From positions 161,753 to 225,752 of the forward strand of contig JACKGJ010000001.1 in NCBI GenBank assembly GCA_020631995.1: a stretch of DNA of 64,000 bases, written 5' to 3'. Positions 1 through 8,145 of this stretch are shown here, one piece after another. Position numbers and translations under genes: made by a program. The notes beneath the pieces are model-generated. The model ran no database searches. It had not been told where the DNA came from and saw nothing but the letters and a program-made list of their open reading frames with translations. This DNA comes from Candidatus Nomurabacteria bacterium. GTDB taxonomy: Bacteria; Patescibacteriota; Minisyncoccia; Phycocordibacterales; UBA918. Every line of letters starts with the position of its first letter. Within the stretch, counting starts at the first letter, position 1.

Positions 1-23
1 GAAGCACTAGAACTTGAGAGATG

Positions 24-49
24 GTCCGGCACATATGTGCCGGACTTTT
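24..49 (+). terminator. Rho-independent terminator of an off-window upstream + strand gene
   Basis: Perfect palindrome GTCCGGCACAT/ATGTGCCGGAC (24-45) followed by TTTT. Confidence 0.6.
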
Positions 50-96
50 GCTATATAATATATTTAATAACAGACAAGCGAACAGAAGCAATAAAT

Positions 97-696
97 ATGC
101 CTAAGAAAGTCATAGCAGTAGACTTCGATGATGTGGTTATGCACTTCAACGCCGGTTTCTTGGATTTCCATAATCGACTATTTGGAACTAGTCTGGTGTA
201 CGAAAACCTTACCCGTTACGATGATTGGGAAGTCGTATACGGTTGCGATAAAGACACAATGGCAGAAAGGGCACATAGCTTCTACCACTCCCCCGAGCAT
301 ATGTTGGCATCTCCAGTTTCTGGGGCAGTCGAAGCCATTAGACTTCTATCAGAAACCTATTCACTTCAGATAGTAACCAGTCGTCCAGACTCCACTCGTC
401 CACCCACACTCAAGTGGCTCGACAATCATTTTCCAAGGCTTTTCCATAACTTTCATTTTACCAACATCTATGCAGGAACCCTTGATACTAAACCAAAAGC
501 CAAGTCAGAAGTATGTCGTGAGATTGGTGCGATAGTACTGATAGATGACGCAATGAAGCACGCTCGAGATGTTGCAGATAGTGGTGTTCCTGTCTTGCTC
601 CCTGACCGACCATGGAACCAAGGACCAGATCATAAAGGGGTACATCGAGTACATTCCTGGGAAGAGACTGTGAATTGGATTCGTGATAATACTTAA
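97..696 (+). CDS. HAD-superfamily 5'(3')-deoxyribonucleotidase-like phosphatase
   Basis: ORF 37..696. The ATG at 97 gives MPKKVIAVDFDDVV with the HAD DxDxV nucleophile motif. TATAAT at 54-59 lies upstream. Confidence 0.6.
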   Translation: MPKKVIAVDFDDVVMHFNAGFLDFHNRLFGTSLVYENLTRYDDWEVVYGCDKDTMAERAHSFYHSPEHMLASPVSGAVEAIRLLSETYSLQIVTSRPDSTRPPTLKWLDNHFPRLFHNFHFTNIYAGTLDTKPKAKSEVCREIGAIVLIDDAMKHARDVADSGVPVLLPDRPWNQGPDHKGVHRVHSWEETVNWIRDNT

Positions 697-698
697 AC

Positions 699-730
699 AC
701 AAAACCCGACACACAAGTGTCGGGTTTTGT
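699..730. terminator. Bidirectional intrinsic terminator
   Basis: ACAAAACCCGACAC / GTGTCGGGTTTTGT 14-bp stem with A-run and T-run flanks, between convergent genes. Confidence 0.7.
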
Positions 731-756
731 TCAATCTATTTATTCAGTGGACCACT

Positions 757-951
757 TTATTGAGTAGTTTCACTTTCCCCACCTTCATCATTGCCACTTG
801 TTGGCACCTTCATATTGATATTAAACTCCGCGTTATCATCCTCGGGAGCGGCGTTTCCACTCATAAAGTACCAGACTCCAAAACCGACGATTGCGACTAA
901 CGCCACTACGATTAGTATTGTATTAACTCCTGAATTGTTATTGTCATCCAT
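757..951 (-). CDS. Small single-pass membrane protein (hypothetical)
   Basis: 64-aa ORF with a hydrophobic helix ILIVVALVAIVGFGVWYF and an acidic tail; no recognisable family. Confidence 0.35.
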   Translation of the reverse strand: MDDNNNSGVNTILIVVALVAIVGFGVWYFMSGNAAPEDDNAEFNINMKVPTSGNDEGGESETTQ

Positions 952-1061
952 AATGTTAGAGGGTTAATTGTTAAGATAACCTATACACCAAGACTAACTT
1001 TTAACAGAAATCTTTCTAGGGCCTGTGGTGCGTAGATTCTGATGTGTTAGAATCACGCCCA

Positions 1062-1454
1062 ATGTCTAAAAAAGATTTTAAGGTTTTCAAGAGTAGTGCT
1101 GGTTTCGGTCTCAAGACAATGCGTGACTGGAAGAAGGGTGACTTGGTAGTTGAATACACTGGAAAGAAAATTACCAATAAAGCGGCCGACGAAAAACCAA
1201 ACCGTTACTTATTTGACCTTGATGAGAAATGGACCATTGATGGCTCTCCCCGCTCTAACCTCGCCCGATACATCAACCATTCATGCAAACCAAACTGTGA
1301 ACCAGTTCACTACACCGACACTAACGAAATCGGTATTGAGGCCATACGAACCATTAAAGCTGGAGAGGAGCTAACATATGACTATGGAAAAGATCACTTC
1401 GAAGAGTACATTAAGCCATATGGTTGCAAATGTGGGCATCACTCAGAGAAGTAG
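1062..1454 (+). CDS. SET-domain protein (putative protein-lysine N-methyltransferase)
   Basis: SET signatures NHSCKPNC and ELTYDYG, with a C-terminal Cys pair (post-SET-like CKCG). ATG at 1062 preferred over GTG at 1044. Confidence 0.8.
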   Translation: MSKKDFKVFKSSAGFGLKTMRDWKKGDLVVEYTGKKITNKAADEKPNRYLFDLDEKWTIDGSPRSNLARYINHSCKPNCEPVHYTDTNEIGIEAIRTIKAGEELTYDYGKDHFEEYIKPYGCKCGHHSEK

Positions 1455-1594
1455 CTAAAGTGAAAAGTTAAAAATAGTAGGTTATGAATATACTGCCACC
1501 TATTCCCTATTCACTGATTTGTGTTATATTTTGACACAATCAGTCTAGAGACTAACTGGCGCCACATTAAACACTTTATACATTAAGACAAATC

Positions 1595-2272
1595 ATTCTG
1601 AACAAACCAAGAACCTTCATCAACTACAATAAAGACCGCACGCGAATCAACGCCGCCATTAGGGCGAAGGAGCTTCGTGTAATCGGGGCTAAAGGTGAAA
1701 ACCTAGGTGTGTTGTCTCTGGAAGACGCTAGGAAAGCTGCCGATGAAGCAAGTCTAGACCTAATCGAAATCTCTCCAAACGCCAATCCTCCGGTAGCAAA
1801 GATTATGGACTTTGGTCAATTTCGTTATGAGACCAAGCGCAAGAAGAGTGAAGTTAAAGCTAAGTCACACGTCACTGAAACTAAGTCAGTGCAGGTAAAG
1901 GTCATCACTGGTGACCATGACCAACAACTCAAGGCCAAACGAGCAGCTGAATGGCTATCCGAAGGCCACCGTGTTAAGGCTGATCTTTTCCTTTCTGGAC
2001 GATATAAGTATATGGATGAGGCTTTTCTAAAGTCACGCCTACAACGTTTCCTTCAGATTATCCCTATTGAGTATAAAATTGCAGACCCGATCAAGAAAAG
2101 TCCTAAGGGCTATACTGTAACGCTAGAGCGAGACGGCAAAGCTAAGTACGTGAAGGGTGTGGAACTGGAAGAGGTAAAGCCAACTAAAAAAGAAGATAAT
2201 GATAAGTCTCCTGACGAACCAAAGGTGAAAAAGAAGTCCTTAGATGAACTCATTGAAGGGGGCTTGATTTAA
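1595..2272 (+). CDS. infC: Translation initiation factor IF-3, probable non-AUG (ATT/ATC) start
   Basis: IF-3 motifs (LIEISPNANPPVAKIMDFGQFRYE). The frame stays open upstream of the tracked GTG back to the stop at 1568 and encodes the conserved INAAIRAKELRVIGAKGENLGV. That stretch has no ATG, only ATC 1592 and ATT 1595. Confidence 0.85.
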   Translation: MLNKPRTFINYNKDRTRINAAIRAKELRVIGAKGENLGVLSLEDARKAADEASLDLIEISPNANPPVAKIMDFGQFRYETKRKKSEVKAKSHVTETKSVQVKVITGDHDQQLKAKRAAEWLSEGHRVKADLFLSGRYKYMDEAFLKSRLQRFLQIIPIEYKIADPIKKSPKGYTVTLERDGKAKYVKGVELEEVKPTKKEDNDKSPDEPKVKKKSLDELIEGGLI

Positions 2273-2345
2273 GAGGGCTTTTGCTGTATATTTCTAACCA
2301 CTTTTGTCGCTTCTCACGGCAGAGAACCCCGAAACCAAATACTGT

Positions 2346-2537
2346 ATGAAAACAAACAAATCATATACCAAGCGTATAAAAGTCACTAAAAACGGCAAGC
2401 TTGTTGCTCGTAAGCCTGGTCAAAACCACTTTAACGCACGCCAGACTGGGCAGCAGAGACTTCGACGCAAGCGAACACAGCTGTTGAATTTGAGTAAGAA
2501 AATCACCCGACGTTTCCTACCAGGCAGTGGAGCCTAA
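2346..2537 (+). CDS. rpmI: 50S ribosomal protein L35
   Basis: MKTNKSYTKRIKVTKNGKLVARKPGQNH; sits in the infC-rpmI-rplT order. Confidence 0.9.
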   Translation: MKTNKSYTKRIKVTKNGKLVARKPGQNHFNARQTGQQRLRRKRTQLLNLSKKITRRFLPGSGA

Positions 2538-2574
2538 TCTCCAAAACTATAAACTGAAAACTAATTAATTATTT

Positions 2575-2919
2575 ATGTCACGTGTAAAAGGAGGATTGAT
2601 GGCTCAGAAGCGCCGTCGTAACATCCTCGAACAAGTAAAAGGATACCGTTTCGGTCGCTCTAAGAAAAAGCGTCAGGCTATTGAAGCAATTCATCATTCT
2701 GGACTTCACTCTTTCGCTCACCGTAAGGACAAGAAGGCTGACTACCGTTCTCTCTGGATTACCCGCATCAATGCAGCACTAAAGGCCCAAGGTCTTCAGT
2801 ACAGCCGTTTTGTAAAGGCAATGAAAGATAAGGGATTTGCAGTTGACCGTAAAATCCTCGCTACTCTAGCTAAGGATAAGCCAGAAGTTTTCACCCGAAT
2901 TGTTGACCAAGTAAAATAA
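2575..2919 (+). CDS. rplT: 50S ribosomal protein L20
   Basis: MSRVKGGLMAQKRRRNILEQVKGYRFGRSK. Confidence 0.95.
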   Translation: MSRVKGGLMAQKRRRNILEQVKGYRFGRSKKKRQAIEAIHHSGLHSFAHRKDKKADYRSLWITRINAALKAQGLQYSRFVKAMKDKGFAVDRKILATLAKDKPEVFTRIVDQVK

Positions 2920-2920
2920 A

Positions 2921-3038
2921 GCTTCCAAAATCAGGTAAATTCTAGGGCTTCAGAAATTTTGCTCGTCACCGTATGTCTATATACGGCTCGCTCACAAAAT
3001 TTCCTCCAGTCCGTCGAATTTCCTCTAATTTTGAAAGC
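2921..3038 (-). repeat. Structured intergenic hairpin element R1 (subfamily II)
   Basis: Starts 2 nt after the rplT stop and ends before terminator 3045-3073. Positions 2965-2999 are the exact reverse complement of 11661-11695. Outer stem is 2921-2931/3028-3038. Confidence 0.75.
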
Positions 3039-3044
3039 TTTAGC

Positions 3045-3073
3045 AAAACCCCGCGCCACTGGCGCGGGGTTTT
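3045..3073. terminator. Bidirectional intrinsic terminator (rplT / MBL gene)
   Basis: AAAACCCCGCGCC act GGCGCGGGGTTTT. Confidence 0.8.
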
Positions 3074-3108
3074 GTTATTTGTTATTACTATTACTATAGG
3101 ACTGATAC

Positions 3109-4473
3109 TTAAAACTCAATCTCTACCACCTCCTCAGGACCTGGGGCCACAGCATTTACTCCTAAGTAGTCACGGAGACGCTGGACCAAGAAGAGTGATG
3201 AGCGCTCCTCGCCCATCGCCACAAAGACTTGTTTGGCCTTGTCTCCCCCCTTTGCAACAAAGCTTACTAATTGGTCGCGATCAGCGTGGCCAGACCAACC
3301 TTGAATGCTAGCTACTTCTGCTTTCACCACCACTTTTTTCCCATCAATCTTAAGAGAAGGTGCACCGTCTTTTAGTCGTCGCCCAATACTACCGACCGAC
3401 TGGTAACCTACCAGCAACAGAATAGTATTGGGATTAGAGAGAAAATTCTGCTCGTGTTTTAAAATACGCCCACCGTGTGACATTCCACTACCAGCAATTA
3501 TCACCTTAGCTCCCTTGGTGCGATTAATCGCTTCAGAATCAGAAACACTACGGGTTAGTTTGAGTTTAGGAAAATCAAAAATATTGTCCCCTTTCTTAAT
3601 TTGTTCACGCACCGAATCTCTTAAGTACTTAGTCCGTTCTCTATAAATATCAGTCACCTCGATAGCTAATGGTGAATCCAAAAATACTGGTATTGGTTCT
3701 ATCTTGCCACTTTCCACCATATTATTAATTTCAAATAGCATTCCTTGGGTGCGCTCAAGTGAAAAAGCTGGAATAATAAGTGTACCTTTTTGTTTGATGG
3801 TCTTTTCCAGATACCCTTGGAGTAACTCACTTCTTTCCTCCACCTCTTCGTGCTGTCGGTCTCCATACACACTCTCAATCACTAAGTAGTCGTAGTCTTT
3901 GGGAATCACCGGCGGATTAAGCAGTGGTTGCGGGTCGTTTCCGATATCACCTGAAAAAGTGATGCGTCGACCGGCACGCTCTAGAGTAATTGAGGCCGAA
4001 CCAAGAATATGACCCACATCTGTAAATACGGCGGAAACACCATCCTTAAGTGCAAGAGTGGCTTCGTATTCAACCGGTTTCCATAGCCCAAGGGCTGCAG
4101 CAATATCCTCCTCTTTATAAAGTAGCGGAGTACCATACTTTTCTGACTCAAAAGACATCACCTTGAAAGCATCACGCAACATCACCCCAGCCAGCGCGAG
4201 CGTTGGCTCTGTGGAATAAATAGTTCCTTTAAAACCTTCCCGAACAAGCTTTGGAATGCGACCAATATGATCAGCGTGTGCATGGGTAACTAAAAGAAAA
4301 TCCACTACGGCAGGGTCATAAGAAAATGGATTATGATTTTCCTTTTCCTCAAAGCGATCTCCTTGAACCAATCCGCAATCAACTAAGATTCGAGAATCTC
4401 CCGTATCAAGGTGAAAATTTGCTCCAGTAACACTCCCTACCCCTCCATAAAAACCAAGTTTAGATTTACTCAT
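3109..4473 (-). CDS. MBL-fold beta-CASP family metallo-hydrolase (RNA-metabolising ribonuclease-like)
   Basis: HAHADH metal motif and 454 aa with beta-CASP-like architecture (GSGM...GHAD near the C-terminus). Confidence 0.75.
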   Translation of the reverse strand: MSKSKLGFYGGVGSVTGANFHLDTGDSRILVDCGLVQGDRFEEKENHNPFSYDPAVVDFLLVTHAHADHIGRIPKLVREGFKGTIYSTEPTLALAGVMLRDAFKVMSFESEKYGTPLLYKEEDIAAALGLWKPVEYEATLALKDGVSAVFTDVGHILGSASITLERAGRRITFSGDIGNDPQPLLNPPVIPKDYDYLVIESVYGDRQHEEVEERSELLQGYLEKTIKQKGTLIIPAFSLERTQGMLFEINNMVESGKIEPIPVFLDSPLAIEVTDIYRERTKYLRDSVREQIKKGDNIFDFPKLKLTRSVSDSEAINRTKGAKVIIAGSGMSHGGRILKHEQNFLSNPNTILLLVGYQSVGSIGRRLKDGAPSLKIDGKKVVVKAEVASIQGWSGHADRDQLVSFVAKGGDKAKQVFVAMGEERSSLFLVQRLRDYLGVNAVAPGPEEVVEIEF

Positions 4474-4856
4474 ACGTCTAACTGACTTACTCTTCTACCA
4501 ACAAAGTACCCGGCCATTCCGCCAAGTGCTCCCATAATAAGATCTAATATTGTGTCACCTACATAGTTACCTTCTTCGAAAGGTATGCCGATAGATACCT
4601 CAAAAACTTCCCATACAGATGCAACCAGTAATACAAAAGCGACCGTGCGAACTAATGTGAAGTACCGGTCCACTAACTTTGGGAAAAATCCCAAGAATGT
4701 CAGGAAGCCCAGCGCCACAGTTACCCCGCCTAAAAAATGCACCGGAATATCAAGCCAAAGATAGAGCCAGTAAAGGTGGAGTTCTAAAAATAAATAATGA
4801 AAAACCGCCAACATAATGGCTGATAGTCCAAAGAGTAAGGTGGTTGATTTAATCAC
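4470..4856 (-). CDS. Small polytopic membrane protein (about 4 TM, unknown family)
   Basis: 128-aa hydrophobic ORF with a GTG start. It overlaps the downstream MBL gene by 4 nt. Start is uncertain. Confidence 0.5.
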   Translation of the reverse strand: MIKSTTLLFGLSAIMLAVFHYLFLELHLYWLYLWLDIPVHFLGGVTVALGFLTFLGFFPKLVDRYFTLVRTVAFVLLVASVWEVFEVSIGIPFEEGNYVGDTILDLIMGALGGMAGYFVGRRVSQLDV

Positions 4857-4873
4857 TTGTATATTTTAACACT

Positions 4874-4901
4874 AAAAAACACGTTCTTGAGAACGTGTTT
4901 T
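4874..4901. terminator. Bidirectional hairpin terminator
   Basis: AAAACACGTTC ttga GAACGTGTTTT with A/T runs on both sides. Confidence 0.65.
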
Positions 4902-5078
4902 CGGGTGAGTCGCCAACGTATGTCCCTGGAAAAGTCCAGGTGGGCACCCTATCCGGCTCCCGCTGAAATTGGTCAGACTAGCTTTCCATTCTCATTGTTT
5001 GTCGTGAGTTCAGGCAGCCCTGACAAAAAAATTAACTCGGAACATACGGAAGCGACTCAATTTAAGAATATCATATAC
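4902..5078. ncRNA. Orphan structured RNA candidate (riboswitch-like leader or sRNA), class unknown
   Basis: No credible ORF. An 8-bp closing helix TGAGTCGC (4905-4912) / GCGACTCA (5051-5058) encloses several local hairpins. It is bracketed by terminators at 4874-4901 and 5079-5112. Confidence 0.3.
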
Positions 5079-5112
5079 AAAAAATGACAATACTTAAGTA
5101 TTGTCATTTTTT
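5079..5112. terminator. Bidirectional terminator after ndk
   Basis: AAAAATGACAATACTT/AAGTATTGTCATTTTT perfect palindrome. Confidence 0.75.
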
Positions 5113-5124
5113 GTATCTTAATTC

Positions 5125-5730
5125 TTATTCGTTCTTTCCGTCAAAGTTCACGTCATACATAATCCTTTCCTGCGCAGTCACGTAATTCATTATTTCTTCA
5201 CTCTTGAACCAAATAGCGATTTCACGTTCCGCCTCTTCTCTGGACTCAGACTGGTGAACCAAGTTTCTAACTGCTCGGTTTTCGTAAGTAGCATGTCCGT
5301 AAGAATCTACTGTGTAGTCACCACGAATGGTACCGACATCAGAAGTAGATGGTTCGGTAGTACCAACAATCTTAGTAACTACAGAGCAGGCTTGGTTACC
5401 TTCTAGGATTAGAGCCACTACTGGAGCAGCTGTCATATAGTGCACAATAGTGCGGATGATATCCTTACCGTATTCAATTGGCTCTTTAGTGATTTCTTGA
5501 CCTTGGGACTTAAGGTCTTCAATAACACCCTTACCTTTCCTTTCATACCACTCATCTGTTTTGTTGTAGTGTTCTAGGAGTTGAGCCTCAGTCGGAACAA
5601 TCATTTTAAGTGCTGAAATCTTAAGGCCAGTACGTTCAAAACGCTTAATTACTTCTCCAACCAAGGACCGCTGTACGGTGTCTGGCTTTAGGAGTACGAG
5701 AGAGCGTTCTTGATGTGGTAGTTTGTCCAT
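5125..5730 (-). CDS. ndk: Nucleoside diphosphate kinase (long form with internal insertion)
   Basis: LVLLKPDTVQRSLVGEVIKRFERTGLKI and a NLVHQSES active-site His region; 201 aa versus roughly 140-150 typical. Confidence 0.85.
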   Translation of the reverse strand: MDKLPHQERSLVLLKPDTVQRSLVGEVIKRFERTGLKISALKMIVPTEAQLLEHYNKTDEWYERKGKGVIEDLKSQGQEITKEPIEYGKDIIRTIVHYMTAAPVVALILEGNQACSVVTKIVGTTEPSTSDVGTIRGDYTVDSYGHATYENRAVRNLVHQSESREEAEREIAIWFKSEEIMNYVTAQERIMYDVNFDGKNE

Positions 5731-5830
5731 AAGATTTTGTATTTAAACGGTTCGTTAAAAAGTTAGCTCGAGTAATATACCTTAAAAGGTGTCGCAGAGC
5801 AAAGACTCCAAAATCATCCTACTTGAAGTG

Positions 5831-6622
5831 TTATGTGTCAGATTTAGAACTTAGAGTGAGAATTTCCGGTCCAGTTTCTGTAATTAAAACTGTATGCTCC
5901 ATATGTGCTGCAATACCACCATCTTCTGAGCGCACTGTGTAGCCATCCTCCTCGTCAAAAAATACCTCTTTACTTCCATAAATTATCATTGGTTCTATCG
6001 CCAGTACCATACCAGGCAGGAGTAACGCCCCTCTGTCGCCTTTTATGACGTAATTAGGTACCTGAGGCTCTTCGTGTAGTGAATACCCTACTCCGTGCCC
6101 ACATAGGTCTTCTACGATACCAAAGCCCTTGGGTACACTGGCTTCTACAGCCGCTCCGATAGCTGACACATAAGCGCCAGGTTGTGCGGCCTCAATGGCG
6201 GCGTGAAGGGCTTTCGCAGTCACCTTAATCAACTGCTTAGCTCCTTCACTGCCCTCACCACAAATGACAGTACGGGCAGAATCTACTACCATTTCTTTGT
6301 ATCCAATTACCAAATCGATACTGACCACATCCCCTTCTTTAAAAGTGCGTGGAGCTTCATTGGGAATTCCATGTACCACTTCCTCATTCAAAGATATGCA
6401 GGTAGCAGCCGGATACGGTCGTGGTGCAAAAGTCGGATGATAACCAAGAGTAATGGGCTCAAGGTTATATTTTTCCAAAAGCTCCATCGCCCTGTCGTCT
6501 ACATCAAGTGTGGTTGCCCCTGGTAGCACCTCCTTCTCTAACTCATCAAGCACCATCGCCAAAAGCTTCCCACCTTCGCGGAGTATTTTGATATCCTCTT
6601 CTGTTTTTAAAGTGATGCTCAT
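5831..6622 (-). CDS. map: Type I methionine aminopeptidase
   Basis: Typical MAP fold motifs (GYHP.., DxVSIDL, HGVGYSLHEEP, LAIEPM); follows adk as in spc operons. Confidence 0.9.
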   Translation of the reverse strand: MSITLKTEEDIKILREGGKLLAMVLDELEKEVLPGATTLDVDDRAMELLEKYNLEPITLGYHPTFAPRPYPAATCISLNEEVVHGIPNEAPRTFKEGDVVSIDLVIGYKEMVVDSARTVICGEGSEGAKQLIKVTAKALHAAIEAAQPGAYVSAIGAAVEASVPKGFGIVEDLCGHGVGYSLHEEPQVPNYVIKGDRGALLLPGMVLAIEPMIIYGSKEVFFDEEDGYTVRSEDGGIAAHMEHTVLITETGPEILTLSSKSDT

Positions 6623-6627
6623 TGGTT

Positions 6628-7227
6628 TTAATTCACTAAATCTAGCGCCTTCAATATTTCGTTATGAACTTCATCAATAGATAATTCTCCATTGATATCG
6701 TGTACCTTAGTATTTGAGCGCTGACGATAATACTCAACAACCGGTAAAGTCTGTTCACGATACCATTTCAGGCGCTCCTCGATGGAATCTGGGGTGTCAT
6801 CAGGACGAGCGCGAGAGCTCATACGCTCTCGTACTACCTCCTCTGGAGTATCGAGGTTGATGATATCAACATAATCACGTCCATAGAAAGATAGAGCGGA
6901 CTCTAACACCTTCGCTTCATCGATAATGCGCGGGAAACCATCTATTAGTAGATGGCACTGGTCGTCAAGATGGGTTCGCATAGCATCTCCCCACAACACA
7001 GTGGAGAGAAAGAGTGGTTGGAGTACACCAGTATTTAGTGTGTCTTGAATATGTTTCTCAGTGTAGCCTTCACCAGAGGCAGCCATTGCGCGAAACCGGC
7101 GCCCTGTCTGAATATCCAGCACCCGACGAGCAGGGTCCTTCTCTTTCAAAACTTTGTCTAACTCAGCAATCTGCGTTCCTTTACCACTACCTTGTGGGCC
7201 GATGAATATTACAGTTTTAGGTGTCAT
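6628..7227 (-). CDS. adk: Adenylate kinase (short-LID type)
   Basis: P-loop IFIGPQGSGKGTQ, LLIDGFPR, RPDDTPDSIEERL. Confidence 0.9.
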   Translation of the reverse strand: MTPKTVIFIGPQGSGKGTQIAELDKVLKEKDPARRVLDIQTGRRFRAMAASGEGYTEKHIQDTLNTGVLQPLFLSTVLWGDAMRTHLDDQCHLLIDGFPRIIDEAKVLESALSFYGRDYVDIINLDTPEEVVRERMSSRARPDDTPDSIEERLKWYREQTLPVVEYYRQRSNTKVHDINGELSIDEVHNEILKALDLVN

Positions 7228-7796
7228 TTGCTAATTGCCTTTAATACTTCCTGATAAACAACATCTTCGCTCTGGTCGGCATTGATCGTAATAACCTTAT
7301 CCTGACTTTCAAAAAACTCTAAAGAGTGGATAGTCTCATCATAGAAAGCTTGGAGTCGTTTCTTAATATTTTCTTCAGCATCAGACTGGTCACGCTGTCT
7401 CTTGCGCATACGCTCAATTACTACCTCATCTGGAGTATCTAGATGTAGCACAATGTACGGACGGGACAACATAGTGTGCATCTCGTGAAGCTTTTTAGCT
7501 TCCTCCGGCTTACGAGCCACACTTTCAAAGATTAGACCGTTATCTATATGCTCGGCCAAAATAGCATTGGCAAACAAATAGCTAGCCAGCCACTCTGGCA
7601 CCCATCCCGAAATATGGATGTCTCGGATATGTCGACCAAGGGAAGAGTCCTCAGCAGACAGCTCTCGCACCTTGTCGCCAGTGGAAAAAATGGGAAAACC
7701 AAGTTCTGTCGCCAAACGATGAGCCTGGGTGCCCTTACCGCACCCAGTCTTACCCATAAAAATTATACTCTGGTACGGAGTTTCTATCTGATTCAC
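7224..7796 (-). CDS. Divergent adenylate-kinase-like P-loop kinase (second tandem paralog)
   Basis: IFMGKTGCGKGTQ P-loop and adk-like length, but the DGFPR motif is replaced by FESVAR. Overlaps adk by 4 nt. Confidence 0.7.
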   Translation of the reverse strand: MNQIETPYQSIIFMGKTGCGKGTQAHRLATELGFPIFSTGDKVRELSAEDSSLGRHIRDIHISGWVPEWLASYLFANAILAEHIDNGLIFESVARKPEEAKKLHEMHTMLSRPYIVLHLDTPDEVVIERMRKRQRDQSDAEENIKKRLQAFYDETIHSLEFFESQDKVITINADQSEDVVYQEVLKAISK

Positions 7797-7875
7797 CCCA
7801 ACAGATTAGCAGATTTATTTGGTTCAGTAAAACAAAATATTACTCTCAGAAAGCACCTAATCAGTACTTTACACA

Positions 7876-7896
7876 AGTATATACTTTGTATATACT
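7876..7896. promoter_or_regulatory. Putative MazE operator palindrome in the mazEF promoter region
   Basis: AGTATATAC ttt GTATATACT perfect 9-bp inverted repeat ending 10 bp upstream of the antitoxin ATG. Confidence 0.5.
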
Positions 7897-7905
7897 ATTT
7901 ACATT

Positions 7906-8145
7906 ATGAAGACAAAAATCCAAAAATGGGGCAATAGCCTGGGAGTACGTTTGCCTAAAAGTATCACAGAACAAAAGGCTCTCCGAGCCGGACTTGGTGT
8001 TTCAATTGTGATTAAGGACAATCAAATCGTTATCGAGCCAAGAGAGGAGGAGTTATCACTGGAGTCTATGTTATCGACCGTATCAGCAGACAATATTCAC
8101 AAGGAAACTGACTGGTCCAAGGCTCAAGGAAATGAAGTATGGTGA
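7906..8145 (+). CDS. mazE: AbrB/MazE-family antitoxin
   Basis: MKTKIQKWGNSLGVRLPKSI SpoVT/AbrB swapped-hairpin motif; overlaps the toxin gene by 7 nt. Confidence 0.85.
   Translation: MKTKIQKWGNSLGVRLPKSITEQKALRAGLGVSIVIKDNQIVIEPREEELSLESMLSTVSADNIHKETDWSKAQGNEVW

Noticed and set aside
2973-3311. 112-aa + strand ORF spanning element R1, the terminator and the 3' end of the MBL gene
   Set aside because: It runs through a hairpin element and a terminator and is antisense to a well-supported gene, so it is a spurious ORF. The same reasoning applies to ORFs 8575..8769, 28541..28762, 29262..29447, 60920..61229 and 60965..61198, which lie over repeats, terminators or the tRNA.
4925-4940. RNase P RNA-like GGAAAAGTCCAGG, compared with the P4 consensus GGAAAGUCCGGGC
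   Set aside because: It is a simple self-complementary hairpin (CCTGGA aaag TCCAGG). The surrounding structured region is only about 170 nt and lacks the ACAGAAnnCGGCUUA partner and other universally conserved RNase P blocks.
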